NCBI GenBank assembly: GCA_944336475.1
Contig: CALVLD010000008.1
Location: forward strand, 799 to 64,798
DNA length: 64,000 nt
Direction: 5' to 3'
DNA from: an uncultured Clostridia bacterium
GTDB lineage: Bacteria; Bacillota; Clostridia; Christensenellales; CAG-138
Every line of letters begins with the position of its first letter. The stretch's first letter is position 1. Shown here in pieces: positions 27,999-38,624 of this stretch. Below the pieces are notes generated by a model. The model ran no database searches. It saw only the letters and a program-made list of their open reading frames with translations, and had not been told where the DNA came from. The translations under genes and the position numbers were made by a program.

Positions 27999-29687
27999 TC
28001 ACACTACCTCGACTGCCGTTCCGCCGGCAATGGAATAAACACGTCCGCAGAGTGAAAGCAAACTATCCCTGTGCGTGGTGAGTATGACCGTCTGCCTGCC
28101 GCTGCGGGCGAGCAGGTTGCCTATCAACCTTTGCTCGGTGGCAATATCGAGTGCGGAGGTAGCCTCATCCATGAGCAGCACGGGTGCATCGACGAGCAGG
28201 GCACGGGCTATGGCGATGCGCTGTATCTGTCCCTCAGAGAGCCCGGAGCCCTTTTCCCCCAGCTTGAAATCCATGCCTCCGTCCAACTTTTCTATAAACT
28301 CCCACGCACAGGCGTCCGTCAGTGCGGATATGAGCATCTCCTCTGTGGCATCGGGACGCACGAGCAGAAGATTCTCGCGGATGGAGCCGGAGAAAAGCAC
28401 ATTGTCCTGTGCAACGTAGGCAAACAGCCGGCGCGTGGCGGATGAGATCTCGAGCACCTCGCCCCTGCCGTTAGTGACGGTTGCGGAGCCCTCGTCAAGC
28501 TCTACAAGCCCAAGAAGCACACGAAGCATGGTGGTCTTTCCGAGCCCGGAGGGACCAACAAGTGCCACAGCCTCGCCTGCATCGGCATGTATACTCACAT
28601 CCTCAAACACATACTGCCTGTGGGCATAGGCGAAAAGGGCGTGCTCAACGCTCACGGAAACGCCCGACTCACCGAAACTGCGCATACGCTCCGGATCGGA
28701 GGGCCGCTCCTTGGGTATGTGCACGAACTCCATGAGCCTCCCCGCTGCGGTGAGCTGGGATATGCAGGTGGGAACAAGGGATACGAGTGCCGAGAACGAG
28801 GAGGAAAAATACCCTGCAAGCATCAAAAACATAGTCATCGTACCGTAGGTATAAAACCCTGTCCACAGGCGGTAAACGCCCCATGCGTAGCATCCGTAGG
28901 ACACCACGAGTCCGAGCAGCGTGTACAGGAGAGTGGTCCAAACGGAGAAGCGGTTGAGCTTGAGGGCTATCAGCTTGTATGCAGCCTGCACTTCGCGCAG
29001 ACGATCCATAAAATGCCCGACCAGCGAGAAGGACTTTATCTGCTGAAGATTTGAAAGCGCCTCCTCGTTGAATGCGGTAAGCTCGCTATGCGCCTCCCTC
29101 TGACGGCGGTTGTACTCGCGAAGCCTGCGCATGACATAGCGGGAGGCAAGCACCGATAGGGGTATGCCCACGACTATTATGGCAGCCATAACGCTGTCGT
29201 TTATGAGTATGAGTATGAATGTGAGCACAAACTGCAGCAACCTTGTTATGAGGGATGGAATGAATCCGACTATTGAGGCGGACACTGCGGAAACATCGCC
29301 GTTCAGGCGGTTTAGCAGATCTCCCGAGTGGTATTCGGATATGAGTTCCCAATCGGCAAGCATCATCTTGTCAAATATGTCTGCACGGATATCGTTGGTC
29401 ACACGGATCTCTATCCTTGCGGATATGCGCGACGAGAGTGCGTTGGAAAGGGCTTTGAACACGCCCATGCCGACAAATGCAGCCGCTGCGTACGCTATGG
29501 TGTCGTTGTTGTGCCCCGTTACGGCGTCTATGAGGTATTTAGACACTACCGACGAGCCGAGCCCCATGATCACCGACAGCACGCCGGAGAGTATGTAGAA
29601 GCATATCTCAAGCCTGTATGATTTGGAGTAGGCGTATATCCACTTGGCCTCACGAACCATCTCCCCAAAGCTCCTGTTCAAACGCAT
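27999..29687 (-). CDS. ABC exporter, fused permease/ATPase
   Basis: Six TM segments, then GPSGLGKTTML, LSEGQIQRIAIARAL and VLLMDEATSALD. The ATG at 29687 lies 1 nt after the upstream gene's stop. Confidence 0.85.
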   Translation of the reverse strand: MRLNRSFGEMVREAKWIYAYSKSYRLEICFYILSGVLSVIMGLGSSVVSKYLIDAVTGHNNDTIAYAAAAFVGMGVFKALSNALSSRISARIEIRVTNDIRADIFDKMMLADWELISEYHSGDLLNRLNGDVSAVSASIVGFIPSLITRLLQFVLTFILILINDSVMAAIIVVGIPLSVLASRYVMRRLREYNRRQREAHSELTAFNEEALSNLQQIKSFSLVGHFMDRLREVQAAYKLIALKLNRFSVWTTLLYTLLGLVVSYGCYAWGVYRLWTGFYTYGTMTMFLMLAGYFSSSFSALVSLVPTCISQLTAAGRLMEFVHIPKERPSDPERMRSFGESGVSVSVEHALFAYAHRQYVFEDVSIHADAGEAVALVGPSGLGKTTMLRVLLGLVELDEGSATVTNGRGEVLEISSATRRLFAYVAQDNVLFSGSIRENLLLVRPDATEEMLISALTDACAWEFIEKLDGGMDFKLGEKGSGLSEGQIQRIAIARALLVDAPVLLMDEATSALDIATEQRLIGNLLARSGRQTVILTTHRDSLLSLCGRVYSIAGGTAVEVV

Positions 29688-29688
29688 C

Positions 29689-30441
29689 TTACATACCTCC
29701 ATCCGGAGGCGGCAGGCGGCGTATGCGGCGGTTTTCGAGTACCCTTCGTGGATTCTCATCCGTCATCAGTATTGCCCAATCCTCCGAGTAGTGCTCGGCG
29801 ATGCAGTCATATGCCTCAATAAGTTCCGTGGTACGTGAGAACACCCCGTGCGCATCTGTCGCAACAAAGTGTGCGGTACGGGTGCGCAGAAGCTCGTGCG
29901 CTATATCGACCTCGACATCCCCCCAGGGCCCTATAATGCTCCGACGGTTGAGCTGGAGCAAACAGCCCATGTTGGCCCAGTCAAATGCAAACTGAATGTC
30001 GTGCTTTACCATGTCGTACCGCTCGGGGTGGGCTATCACCGGCACCACACCGCGCTGAAGCAGGGATATCAGCACCTCCCGAACACGCCATGCATCGTCG
30101 GAAAAATCAAACTCCACAAGCATATAGCGAGAGCCTGCAAGCGTTGTAACGAATCCGCAGTCGTAGAGCTTGCCGACATCGTCAGTGCCGAACACCTCCA
30201 TGCCCCTGTGAAGCCGTATGCCGACATTGTACTCACGAAACAGCGCCGCAAGCGAATCAAATGCGTTGGCATAGCCTTCGTCAAAGTAGTTGCTGTACAT
30301 ATTGGGAACATTGCAATGCGGCGTGACTATGATATCGGTAACGCCTCCACGGTGAGCAGCCTCACCCATTGCGACGGCCTCGGCAAAATCGGCGGCGCCG
30401 TCATCGATTTCGGGAATTATATGGCAATGTATGTCGATCAT
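29689..30441 (-). CDS. CpsB/YwqE-type PHP-domain tyrosine-protein phosphatase
   Basis: MIDIHCHIIPEIDDGA... TPH ... HPERY ... TDAH metal-ligand pattern. GGAGG lies 6 nt upstream of the ATG at 30441. Confidence 0.8.
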   Translation of the reverse strand: MIDIHCHIIPEIDDGAADFAEAVAMGEAAHRGGVTDIIVTPHCNVPNMYSNYFDEGYANAFDSLAALFREYNVGIRLHRGMEVFGTDDVGKLYDCGFVTTLAGSRYMLVEFDFSDDAWRVREVLISLLQRGVVPVIAHPERYDMVKHDIQFAFDWANMGCLLQLNRRSIIGPWGDVEVDIAHELLRTRTAHFVATDAHGVFSRTTELIEAYDCIAEHYSEDWAILMTDENPRRVLENRRIRRLPPPDGGM

Positions 30442-30693
30442 GGGATGCCTCCGCACATATATCCAAACGTATATTACACTGAAAAAACGGTACTGTCAAT
30501 ACGCATGTTCGGAGCTTGTACGAGATAAAACGGCAGAGGAAAAGCCCCGTTGAGGGTGTCGTCGCACGCAGGGTATCACGGCGAGACTAACGGGGCGCAA
30601 ATACAAGGTGGGGGGCACCTTTGTATATAGGAAACGTTTCAGAAGCCCGATAGGTTACAAGTCAACGCAAAAAACGTCAATATATTTTAGATG

Positions 30694-31116
30694 TCAGCTC
30701 TTCCTCTCAAACACGGTGCTGCATTTGGGACAGGTTATGCGTATGCGCCCCTTTCCCTTGGGAATGCGGATGGTTTGGCGGCAGGAAGGGCATTTGAAGA
30801 AGCGGTGGGTCTTGCCCTGCTTTATTCTCGTCTTGATGCCTTTGAAGAACCTTGATACGGGATAGGAGAATTTTGCCCTGAACCACAGATACTCGGCGCG
30901 CCGTGCGGCGGTTTTTCGACTAAACGCCCTGTATGCAGCAAACACAATGGCGGCGACCGCCACGATGTAAAACATCAGCCCAACGATAATGCCGCCCAAC
31001 GTGTACCTGGGGACGAACAGGCCGACAATAAGGCTTATCCAGCTTAGCACATACAGGAATACGTTCAGTCCGTCATTGCCGTAGCGGCCGTAGAAGAATT
31101 TCTGAATTTTGCTCAT
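30694..31116 (-). CDS. Membrane protein with a C-terminal zinc ribbon
   Basis: Two TM segments, then [33 protein letters not shown] before the ATG at 31116. Confidence 0.5.
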   Translation of the reverse strand: MSKIQKFFYGRYGNDGLNVFLYVLSWISLIVGLFVPRYTLGGIIVGLMFYIVAVAAIVFAAYRAFSRKTAARRAEYLWFRAKFSYPVSRFFKGIKTRIKQGKTHRFFKCPSCRQTIRIPKGKGRIRITCPKCSTVFERKS

Positions 31117-31315
31117 ATAAAGCTCCTTTATCCGAACGAACACCGGTTCGCAGATTATAATCATTGCCATAATATTATACCAAGATGTTTCCGTTTTCAA
31201 CTGATGCAAATACTTTATACCCCGATTTTACAACACTGCCATAATCCTAATGGGGCGTCATTCTACCGAGATTATCGCCATATGGCACAACTACACCCTT
31301 CGGCATAAAAAGTGA

Positions 31316-31344
31316 ATGACAAACCGAAACGAACATGGTATAAT
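31316..31344 (+). promoter_or_regulatory. Promoter ATGACA, 17-nt spacer, TATAAT (TGG-extended) for the glg operon
   Basis: ATGACA 31316-31321 and TGGTATAAT ending at 31344. Confidence 0.45.
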
Positions 31345-31379
31345 ATGGTGAGGAAGTATTTTCATCTGCGGAGGGTGCA

Positions 31380-33203
31380 GTGAGCGATATCTATACCGAA
31401 ATGAGGCTTTTTGTCGAAGGCGGCTCAACCCATGCATATCGTGCCCTCGGCGCGCATATTGAGGGTGATGTATGGCGTGTCCGTGTGTATGCCCCCAATG
31501 CCGCAATGGTCGCCGTAACGGGGGACTTCTGCGGGTGGAATGACGGCGTGCCTATGTGGAGGACGGATCTTGGCATGTGGGAGTGTGAGCTACCCTCAAA
31601 CGCCAAGCAGGGCGATTGCTACAAGTTTGCAGTGACAGCTCCCGACGGGCATATGACGCTCAAGAGCGATCCGTTCGGCTTCAAGGCCGAGCTTCGTCCC
31701 TCAAACGCCTCCGTGCTGTGGGAGAGTAAGGGCTTCGACTGGACGGATGAAGAATATATGGCAAAACGCCGCAACGGATATGGGGAGCTTCCCAGATCTC
31801 ACATGAGCATATATGAAGTACACCTGGGCTCATGGCAGAAGGGGCTCTCGTTCGTGGACGCCTCAATACAGCTCGTCCGCTATGCCCGCGATATGGGCTA
31901 TACCCACATAGAGATAATGCCCCTGTCCGAGTATCCGCTTGACGACAGTTGGGGGTACCAGGCAGCAGGATACTATTCCGTCACGGCGAGGTACGGCACT
32001 CCCGAGGAGTTCAAGCTGTTTGTTGACCGTGCCCATGCTGAGGAGATAGGCGTGATACTCGACTGGGTGCCTGCGCACTTTGTCAAGGATGATTTTGGCC
32101 TGCGCCTGTTTGACGGCACCCCTCTTTATGAATCAGCAGAGCCGCTCCGTGCGGAGATGCCCCTGTGGGGAACTTTGCTGTTTGACTACTCAAAGCCCCA
32201 TGTGAGGAGCTTCCTCATGTCCAATGCGGTGTTCCTTGCGGAGGAATTCCACATCGACGGACTTCGCTTCGATGCGGTGAGCTGCATGCTCTACCATGAT
32301 TTCTGCAAGGACAGGTGGATACCCGAGCCGGACGGCAGCAATGTAAACCGTGCGGCAGCGTACTTCATACGGGAGGTCAACAATGCGCTGCATTCGCTGA
32401 ACATGGGCGTTATGACCATTGCGGAGGAGAGCAGTGCATTTCCTTTTGTCACCGCACCGACGTGCGACGGCGGCCTCGGGTTCGATTTCAAGTGGAACAT
32501 GGGGTTCATGAACGATACCCTGTCCTACTTCGAGCTGGACAGCCTCTATCGGGGCTTAAACCACAAGCTCGTCACGTTCCCCATGACATATGCGTTCAGC
32601 GAACGCTACATACTCCCCTTCTCCCATGATGAGATGGTGTGCGGCAAACGCTCCATAATAGGGCGTATGTGCGGCAATTATGACGCACAGCACCTCCAGA
32701 CAAGGCTGCTGTATGCCTATCAGTATGCCGTACCGGGCAAAAAGCTCCTTTTCATGGGCACGGAGATAGCCCAGTATGCAGAGTGGGCGTTTGCCAAATC
32801 GCTCGACTGGTTCCTGCTCGATTACCCTGCCCATGCCGCCATGCAGAGCTTTGTAAGGGCATTGAACGGCGTATACCGCAGCTCAAGGGCACTCGCAAGG
32901 GATGATGTCGGCTGGGATGGGTTCAAGTGGCTTTCAGTGGATGATTCATTTGCAAGCGTGATCGTATTCGTCCGCACGGATCCCGATACGGGGGACAGGC
33001 TCCTTTGCGCGTTTAATTTCACCCCGGTGGAGCATCCACGCTATGGCGTGAGCGTGGATGCGCCCGTTACCGCGGAGCTGGCGCTGTCCACCCACGCAAG
33101 GGAGGCGCAGCCGCTCAGGAGCTTTGCAATGGACGGAGGAAACCGCCTCGAGATACCGCTCTACGGATTCGAAGGCGCATATTATAGGATCAAAAACTCA
33201 TAG
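31380..33203 (+). CDS. glgB: 1,4-alpha-glucan branching enzyme
   Basis: GH13 motifs GVILDWVPAHF, GLRFDAV and TIAEES. GTG start inferred from conservation of the N-terminal ...LFVEGGSTHAYRALGAH. Confidence 0.9.
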   Translation: MSDIYTEMRLFVEGGSTHAYRALGAHIEGDVWRVRVYAPNAAMVAVTGDFCGWNDGVPMWRTDLGMWECELPSNAKQGDCYKFAVTAPDGHMTLKSDPFGFKAELRPSNASVLWESKGFDWTDEEYMAKRRNGYGELPRSHMSIYEVHLGSWQKGLSFVDASIQLVRYARDMGYTHIEIMPLSEYPLDDSWGYQAAGYYSVTARYGTPEEFKLFVDRAHAEEIGVILDWVPAHFVKDDFGLRLFDGTPLYESAEPLRAEMPLWGTLLFDYSKPHVRSFLMSNAVFLAEEFHIDGLRFDAVSCMLYHDFCKDRWIPEPDGSNVNRAAAYFIREVNNALHSLNMGVMTIAEESSAFPFVTAPTCDGGLGFDFKWNMGFMNDTLSYFELDSLYRGLNHKLVTFPMTYAFSERYILPFSHDEMVCGKRSIIGRMCGNYDAQHLQTRLLYAYQYAVPGKKLLFMGTEIAQYAEWAFAKSLDWFLLDYPAHAAMQSFVRALNGVYRSSRALARDDVGWDGFKWLSVDDSFASVIVFVRTDPDTGDRLLCAFNFTPVEHPRYGVSVDAPVTAELALSTHAREAQPLRSFAMDGGNRLEIPLYGFEGAYYRIKNS

Positions 33204-33215
33204 GGAGGTACCAAT

Positions 33216-34439
33216 ATGCCAAAGAAAAAGGTCGTAGCAATGCTGCTGGCAGGCGGCCAGGGCAGCCGTTTGGGTGTTTTGACCAAGAGCATGGCAAAGC
33301 CGGCGGTGCCGTTTGGCGGCAAATATCGAATAATCGATTTTCCGCTGTCAAACTGTGTCAACTCGGATATCGATACCGTGGGGGTGCTGACCCAGTATGA
33401 GCCGCTTGCGCTCAACGCCTATCTGGGCAGCGGTCAGCCGTGGGATCTTGACCGCAACAACGGAGGCGTATTCGTACTGCCTCCCTATGTGTCCGGCTCG
33501 AGTGGGAGCTGGTACTCCGGCACGGCCAATGCCGTTTATCAGAACATACCGTTTATCGAGCAGTATGATCCCGAGTATGTGCTCATACTCTCCGGCGACC
33601 ATATTTACAAAATGAACTATGCTGAGATGCTTCGTTTCCACATAAAGAAGAATGCCGATGCCACCATCGCAGTGCTGACGGTGCCCATGAGCGAGGCGTC
33701 ACGCTTCGGCATAATGAACACCGACGATGACGACGCCATAATCGAGTTTGAGGAAAAGCCCAAGCAGCCCAAGAGCAACAAGGCGTCCATGGGCATATAC
33801 ATATTCAGTTGGTCGGTTCTGCACAGCTATCTGGCCGCAGATGAAAAGGACATAACCTCTCAGCACGATTTCGGCAAAAATGTGATACCGGCGCTCATAA
33901 GGGGCGGAAAGCGGCTTTATGCATATGCCTTCTCCGGCTACTGGAAGGATGTCGGCACGATAGCGTCCCTCTGGGAGGCCAATATGGATCTGCTCGGCCG
34001 CCGTCCGGCGTTCAACCTGTACGATAAGGAGTGGCGCATCTACTCCAAGAGCGCCGTAATGCCCCCTCACTATGCCGGAGAGGATTCCGACATTGCGGAC
34101 AGCATGCTCACCGAGGGCTGCGAGGTGCATGGCAAGGTAAGAAAGAGCGTGCTCTACGCAGGCGTAAAGGTAGGGCATGGGGCGGATATAGCGGATTCTA
34201 TAGTCATGCATAACGCCATTATAGGTGACGGAGCCGTGATACGCAAGGCGATAATAGGCGAGGGTGCGGTCATAGGCGACAATGCGGTGATAGGCGATGT
34301 ACGCACCGACGGCGATGGCGACTATGACACTGCCCTGACCGGGGACATAACCCTCATCGCCAACACAGTAAGGGTAGCCAACGGGGGCAGGGTGCCCGTG
34401 GGCATGATAGTAAAAGAGGATTTAGGAGGTGCGGTATGA
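33216..34439 (+). CDS. glgC: Glucose-1-phosphate adenylyltransferase
   Basis: [40 protein letters not shown]. Confidence 0.95.
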   Translation: MPKKKVVAMLLAGGQGSRLGVLTKSMAKPAVPFGGKYRIIDFPLSNCVNSDIDTVGVLTQYEPLALNAYLGSGQPWDLDRNNGGVFVLPPYVSGSSGSWYSGTANAVYQNIPFIEQYDPEYVLILSGDHIYKMNYAEMLRFHIKKNADATIAVLTVPMSEASRFGIMNTDDDDAIIEFEEKPKQPKSNKASMGIYIFSWSVLHSYLAADEKDITSQHDFGKNVIPALIRGGKRLYAYAFSGYWKDVGTIASLWEANMDLLGRRPAFNLYDKEWRIYSKSAVMPPHYAGEDSDIADSMLTEGCEVHGKVRKSVLYAGVKVGHGADIADSIVMHNAIIGDGAVIRKAIIGEGAVIGDNAVIGDVRTDGDGDYDTALTGDITLIANTVRVANGGRVPVGMIVKEDLGGAV

Positions 34440-35563
34440 TCGAGAACGACGCTTTTGGCCTTATATACACAGGCGACGCCAATATGCAGCTCAGGGAGCT
34501 GACCTTCTCCCGCTCCGTTGCGGCGGTTCAGTTCGGCGGCAGATACAGAGCGATCGACTTCATGCTGTCTGATCTCGTCAACACCGGCATAACCAATGTC
34601 GGCCTTATCGCACAGAGAAACTACCACTCCCTAATGGATCATCTTGAGAGCGGCAAGGAGTGGGATCTCCACCGCAAGCGTGACGGCCTGTTCATACTTC
34701 CGCCGTTTGTCACGCATGACAATACGGGCGTATACAAGGGCACGGTCGATGCCATACGCTCCTGCCGGGGCTATATCCGCAGGAGCAGCCAGAGGTATGT
34801 GGTGCTGACGGGGAGCCATACCATATACAACTGCACCTATTCCGATATGCTCCGTCAGCACATAGAGACGGGTGCGGACATCACCATAATGTACAATACC
34901 GAGCCTCCGTTCGATCGGGCAGAGCAGTATGACGACCTGCGCCTCACACTGGACGACGACGGCCGCATAACCGATCTTGCACTGAATCCGAGCAAAACAA
35001 AGGTCACCAATTGCAGCTGCGATGCCTTCATAATGGAAAAGACGCTCCTCGAGTATCTTGTCGAGGATGCCGCAGCGCACGCCCAGTTCGACTTCATGAG
35101 AGATGTTCTGGTAAAGAACGTCAACAGGCTCAAAATGTACGGCTGGCGTTATGACGGATATGTCGCAAGGCTCAACTCCATATCCGCATACTACCGTCAC
35201 AACATGGATGTTCTCAAAAAAGAGGTGTCCGACGATCTGTTCAACAGGGAGCATCCCATATACACAAAGGTCAAGGACGAGGTGCCTGCCAAGTATGTCG
35301 GCAGCGGCACGGCAAAAAATTCCGTCGTTGCCGACGGATGTGTCATAGAAGGGCTCGTTGAACGCTCTGTACTGTTCAGAGGAGTGCACATTGCTCCGGG
35401 TGCGGTTGTGAGGAATTGCATAATCATGCAGGCCTCCGAGATCGGCGATGATTCATCCCTGGAGTACATGATACTCGACAAGGGGGTTACCGTAAAATCG
35501 GGGCGCAGGCTCGCCGGCCACAGCTCCTACCCGGTCATACTCAGGAAAGGAACCGTTGTATGA
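34436..35563 (+). CDS. glgD: Glucose-1-phosphate adenylyltransferase, GlgD subunit
   Basis: A GlgC paralog ([24 protein letters not shown]) lacking the G-rich loop. ATGA overlap with glgC. The glgC-glgD pairing is typical of Firmicutes. Confidence 0.85.
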   Translation: MIENDAFGLIYTGDANMQLRELTFSRSVAAVQFGGRYRAIDFMLSDLVNTGITNVGLIAQRNYHSLMDHLESGKEWDLHRKRDGLFILPPFVTHDNTGVYKGTVDAIRSCRGYIRRSSQRYVVLTGSHTIYNCTYSDMLRQHIETGADITIMYNTEPPFDRAEQYDDLRLTLDDDGRITDLALNPSKTKVTNCSCDAFIMEKTLLEYLVEDAAAHAQFDFMRDVLVKNVNRLKMYGWRYDGYVARLNSISAYYRHNMDVLKKEVSDDLFNREHPIYTKVKDEVPAKYVGSGTAKNSVVADGCVIEGLVERSVLFRGVHIAPGAVVRNCIIMQASEIGDDSSLEYMILDKGVTVKSGRRLAGHSSYPVILRKGTVV

Positions 35564-37005
35564 AAAGGATACTCTTTGCGGCAAGTGAATGTCTGCCGTT
35601 TATCAAAACGGGAGGTCTGGCGGATGTCATAGGCACGCTTCCCCGCGCGCTGGCGGCACGGGGCTGCGATGTCAGGGTGATCATACCCAAATACGGACGT
35701 ATACCCGATGAATACCGCAGCCGTATGCGCCATGTGTTCGAGACAACGATAACCCTCGGGTGGAGGAATCAATACCTCGGCGTGGATTCGCTTGAGGAGG
35801 GCGGCATTACATTCTATTTTGTCGATAACGAATTCTATTTCAAAAGCTATGTGTATGGCGAGGGCGAGTTTGAAGCCGAGAGGTTCTGCTACTTCTGCGT
35901 TGCGGTGATGGAATCCCTGCCGCACCTCGGCTTCTTCCCGGATGTTATCCACTGCCATGACTGGCAGACGGGCTATATCCCCCTGCTTCAGCGCAGTCGA
36001 TACCACAGGCTGCCCGATTATAGGGACATCAAGACCGTATTCACCATCCATAATTTACGGTTCCAGGGGCTGTCCTCGTTCGGTCGGGTGGAGGATTGCC
36101 TCTCTTTGGGCAGCGACGTCCTATCCACCATCGAGTATAGCGGCGGTGCGTCTGCAATGAAGGCTGCGATACTATATTCCGACAGAATAACGACCGTAAG
36201 TCCTACATACGCAAGGGAGATAATGACCCCCGAGCACGGTGAGACCCTCGACTGTCTGCTGAGGTGCAGGGCAGATGACGTCAGCGGCATACTCAACGGC
36301 ATCGACAATGACCTTTTCAATCCGTGGACGGACAGGGCGATAGCCTCACGATACTCAAAAAACAGCATCTACGGCCCTAAAAATGCTAAAACGCCGCAGG
36401 GCAAGGCTCGCTGTCGCATGGCTCTCATGCAGGAGCTGGGACTTGATAACGAGGGCCCCATAGCCGCTGTGGTATCGCGTCTCACGGGGCAGAAGGGCAT
36501 GGATTTGATAGCCGGCATAGTCCCCAGGCTCCTGGAAGCGGGGGCGAACCTTGTGGTGCTCGGCATGGGCGAGCCTCGCTATGAGCAGCTCTTCAACGCC
36601 TGCGCGGAGAGGTACGCCGGCAGATTTGCCTTCTGCTCGGAGATGAACGATACCCTTGCAAGACGCATATATGCCGGCTCGGATATGTTCCTTATGCCCT
36701 CGGCATTCGAGCCCTGCGGTATATCGCAGCTCATTGCGCTGCGCTACGGCTGTGTACCCATAGTGCGTGAAACGGGCGGCCTCGCCGATACCGTGCAGGC
36801 GTACAACCGCTATGAGGATACGGGCAACGGCTTCTCGTTCGCCAACTACTCCGCCGAGGAACTCTGGATGGTAACAAGAATGGCTCTGGATGTCTATCAT
36901 GGCGAGCCGGAGGCATGGAAGCGTCTTGTAAAACGCTGTATGGAGTGTGACAACGGCTGGGGTAGGAGTGCGGGCAGCTACATCGAGTTGTACGAAAAAC
37001 TTTAA
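35560..37005 (+). CDS. glgA: Glycogen synthase (ADP-glucose type)
   Basis: ILFAASECLPFIKTGGLADV and CHDWQTG motifs. Confidence 0.95.
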   Translation: MKRILFAASECLPFIKTGGLADVIGTLPRALAARGCDVRVIIPKYGRIPDEYRSRMRHVFETTITLGWRNQYLGVDSLEEGGITFYFVDNEFYFKSYVYGEGEFEAERFCYFCVAVMESLPHLGFFPDVIHCHDWQTGYIPLLQRSRYHRLPDYRDIKTVFTIHNLRFQGLSSFGRVEDCLSLGSDVLSTIEYSGGASAMKAAILYSDRITTVSPTYAREIMTPEHGETLDCLLRCRADDVSGILNGIDNDLFNPWTDRAIASRYSKNSIYGPKNAKTPQGKARCRMALMQELGLDNEGPIAAVVSRLTGQKGMDLIAGIVPRLLEAGANLVVLGMGEPRYEQLFNACAERYAGRFAFCSEMNDTLARRIYAGSDMFLMPSAFEPCGISQLIALRYGCVPIVRETGGLADTVQAYNRYEDTGNGFSFANYSAEELWMVTRMALDVYHGEPEAWKRLVKRCMECDNGWGRSAGSYIELYEKL

Positions 37006-37034
37006 CTCTGCAAACGCTTACGGAGGTTTTGAAC

Positions 37035-38192
37035 ATGATATATCTTGACAATGCGGCAACGTCATTTCCCAAGGCGCCAAGGGTCGGCGAGGAGATGTCA
37101 CGCTATATCAGGAAGATAGGCGCAAATATAGGTCGGGGCATATACGAGTCCGCAATAGAGGCCGGCAACACTGCGCTCCTGCTCAGAGGCGGCCTTGCAA
37201 AGCTCTTTTCCCATACATACGGGCTAGATAACATCGTGTTTACCTCCGGCGCAACAGCAGGTATTAACCAGGTGCTGTTCGGCTACCTTGAAAAGGGCGA
37301 CCATGTGATAGTGTCCTCGCTCGAGCACAACGCCGTAATGCGTTCGCTCAATGCCCTTGCGGAAATGGGGGTGGAGCACTCCTGCGTTCCCGTCGATGCA
37401 CAGGGGCGCACTGAGCCTGCGGATATCGAAAGATGTATCCGTAAGAACACCAGACTCATGCTATTCAGTCATGCCTCAAATGTCAGCGGTGCGCTGTTTC
37501 CCATAGAGGAGGCGGCACGCATAGCCTACAGGCACGGCATACCCATTGCGATCGATGCTGCACAGACTGCAGGCTGTGTACCCATAAACTTTGATAAACT
37601 GAGACTTGATGCGCTCATAGTACCGGCGCACAAGGGGCTCATGGGGCCGCAGGGGATAGGGGCGCTGCTTATGAGCTCTCAGTTTGCCTGCAGGCTACGC
37701 CCGCTCATATACGGCGGCACCGGGAGCTTTTCCGACTCCGAGATACAGCCGCAGAGGAATCCGGACAAGTTCGAGTCCGGTACACAGAACATACCGGGCA
37801 TATACGGCTTTTTAGCCGCCGTGCAGTACATTTTGCTGAGGGACGTCAACGAGTATCACAGGCAGGAGGTCAGGCTTGCCGATACCCTCATAAGCGGCAT
37901 CTCGGGGCTTCCTCTTCGGGTGATAAGCGGCTGCGATGGGAGCGGTGCGCTCGACAAGGGTGTGGGCATAGTTTCTGTCAGCTTCAAGAATGTCGATAAC
38001 TCGTTGGCATCATTCGCACTTGAAAGCGACTATGGCATCGCTACGCGCTGCGGCCTGCACTGCTCGCCTGCCGCACATCGTGCGTTGGGCACATTCCCAA
38101 ACGGCACAGTGCGCTTCTCGTTCGGGGAGAATACCACCCTCGAGGATATAGACATCACCGTGCAGGCCATCGCCACCATACTTAAAGACTGA
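37035..38192 (+). CDS. Aminotransferase class V / cysteine-desulfurase-family PLP enzyme
   Basis: IYLDNAATSFPK, SSLEHNAV, and the PLP-lysine context VPAHKGLMGPQG. GGAGG lies 8 nt before the ATG at 37035. Confidence 0.8.
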   Translation: MIYLDNAATSFPKAPRVGEEMSRYIRKIGANIGRGIYESAIEAGNTALLLRGGLAKLFSHTYGLDNIVFTSGATAGINQVLFGYLEKGDHVIVSSLEHNAVMRSLNALAEMGVEHSCVPVDAQGRTEPADIERCIRKNTRLMLFSHASNVSGALFPIEEAARIAYRHGIPIAIDAAQTAGCVPINFDKLRLDALIVPAHKGLMGPQGIGALLMSSQFACRLRPLIYGGTGSFSDSEIQPQRNPDKFESGTQNIPGIYGFLAAVQYILLRDVNEYHRQEVRLADTLISGISGLPLRVISGCDGSGALDKGVGIVSVSFKNVDNSLASFALESDYGIATRCGLHCSPAAHRALGTFPNGTVRFSFGENTTLEDIDITVQAIATILKD

Positions 38193-38243
38193 GTATCGCC
38201 GCAGGCGACATGAAAAGTATAGCATATTTTTCAATGTTTAGTC

Positions 38244-38272
38244 TTGACATAGCGCAGCATTTGGCATAAAAT
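38244..38272 (+). promoter_or_regulatory. Promoter TTGACA, 17-nt spacer, TAAAAT for the tRNA gene
   Basis: TTGACA 38244-38249 and TAAAAT 38267-38272. Confidence 0.55.
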
Positions 38273-38295
38273 ACTCCTTGCCTCAAATAGGAACT

Positions 38296-38372
38296 GCACC
38301 TGTAGCTCAGCAGGATAGAGCGTCCGCCTCCTAAGCGGAAGGCCTTGGGTTCGAATCCCGACAGGTGCGCCA
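38296..38372 (+). tRNA. tRNA-Arg (anticodon CCU), CCA encoded
   Basis: Manual cloverleaf: acceptor GCACCTG/CAGGTGC, D stem GCTC/GAGC, anticodon stem TCCGC/GCGGA with loop CTCCTAA, T arm TTGGG-TTCGAAT-CCCGA, then G-CCA. Confidence 0.9.
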
Positions 38373-38411
38373 ATCCCGGGCGCATATGCGCTCGGGGTTC
38401 AGACCACCCAC

Positions 38412-38447
38412 AAAGCCCCATTCACCGGACGGTGAGCGGGGCTTTTC
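38412..38447 (+). terminator. Rho-independent terminator after the tRNA
   Basis: GCCCCATTCACC pairs with GGTGAGCGGGGC (one mismatch, one GU), followed by TTTT. A 22-bp near-palindrome CCCGGGCGCATATGCGCTCGGG (38375-38396) precedes it. Confidence 0.6.
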
Positions 38448-38624
38448 GCTGGTACAGTATGGATAAAACGCTGAAGGCGACCTTGAGCCGACATGCCCGG
38501 CCGTCTTTACCATGTTCTGCATGGCTGCGGTGGGGAAGCTCCGCTAACCCTTGCCGGCAAGACCGAGGCGGCGTGCCTCATGTATGCCGTGCCGCACATT
38601 TTGTCTGCGAGGTCATCGTCCGTG

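Noticed and set aside
35941-35960. TTATCCACT, a near-consensus DnaA box.
   Set aside because: It is a single occurrence inside the glgA coding sequence, far from dnaA, and is expected by chance.
38375-38396. The near-perfect palindrome CCCGGGCGCATATGCGCTCGGG right after tRNA-Arg as an integration (att) scar.
   Set aside because: No integrase, no tRNA 3'-end duplication and no compositional change occur downstream. It is more simply part of the tRNA 3' processing and terminator region.
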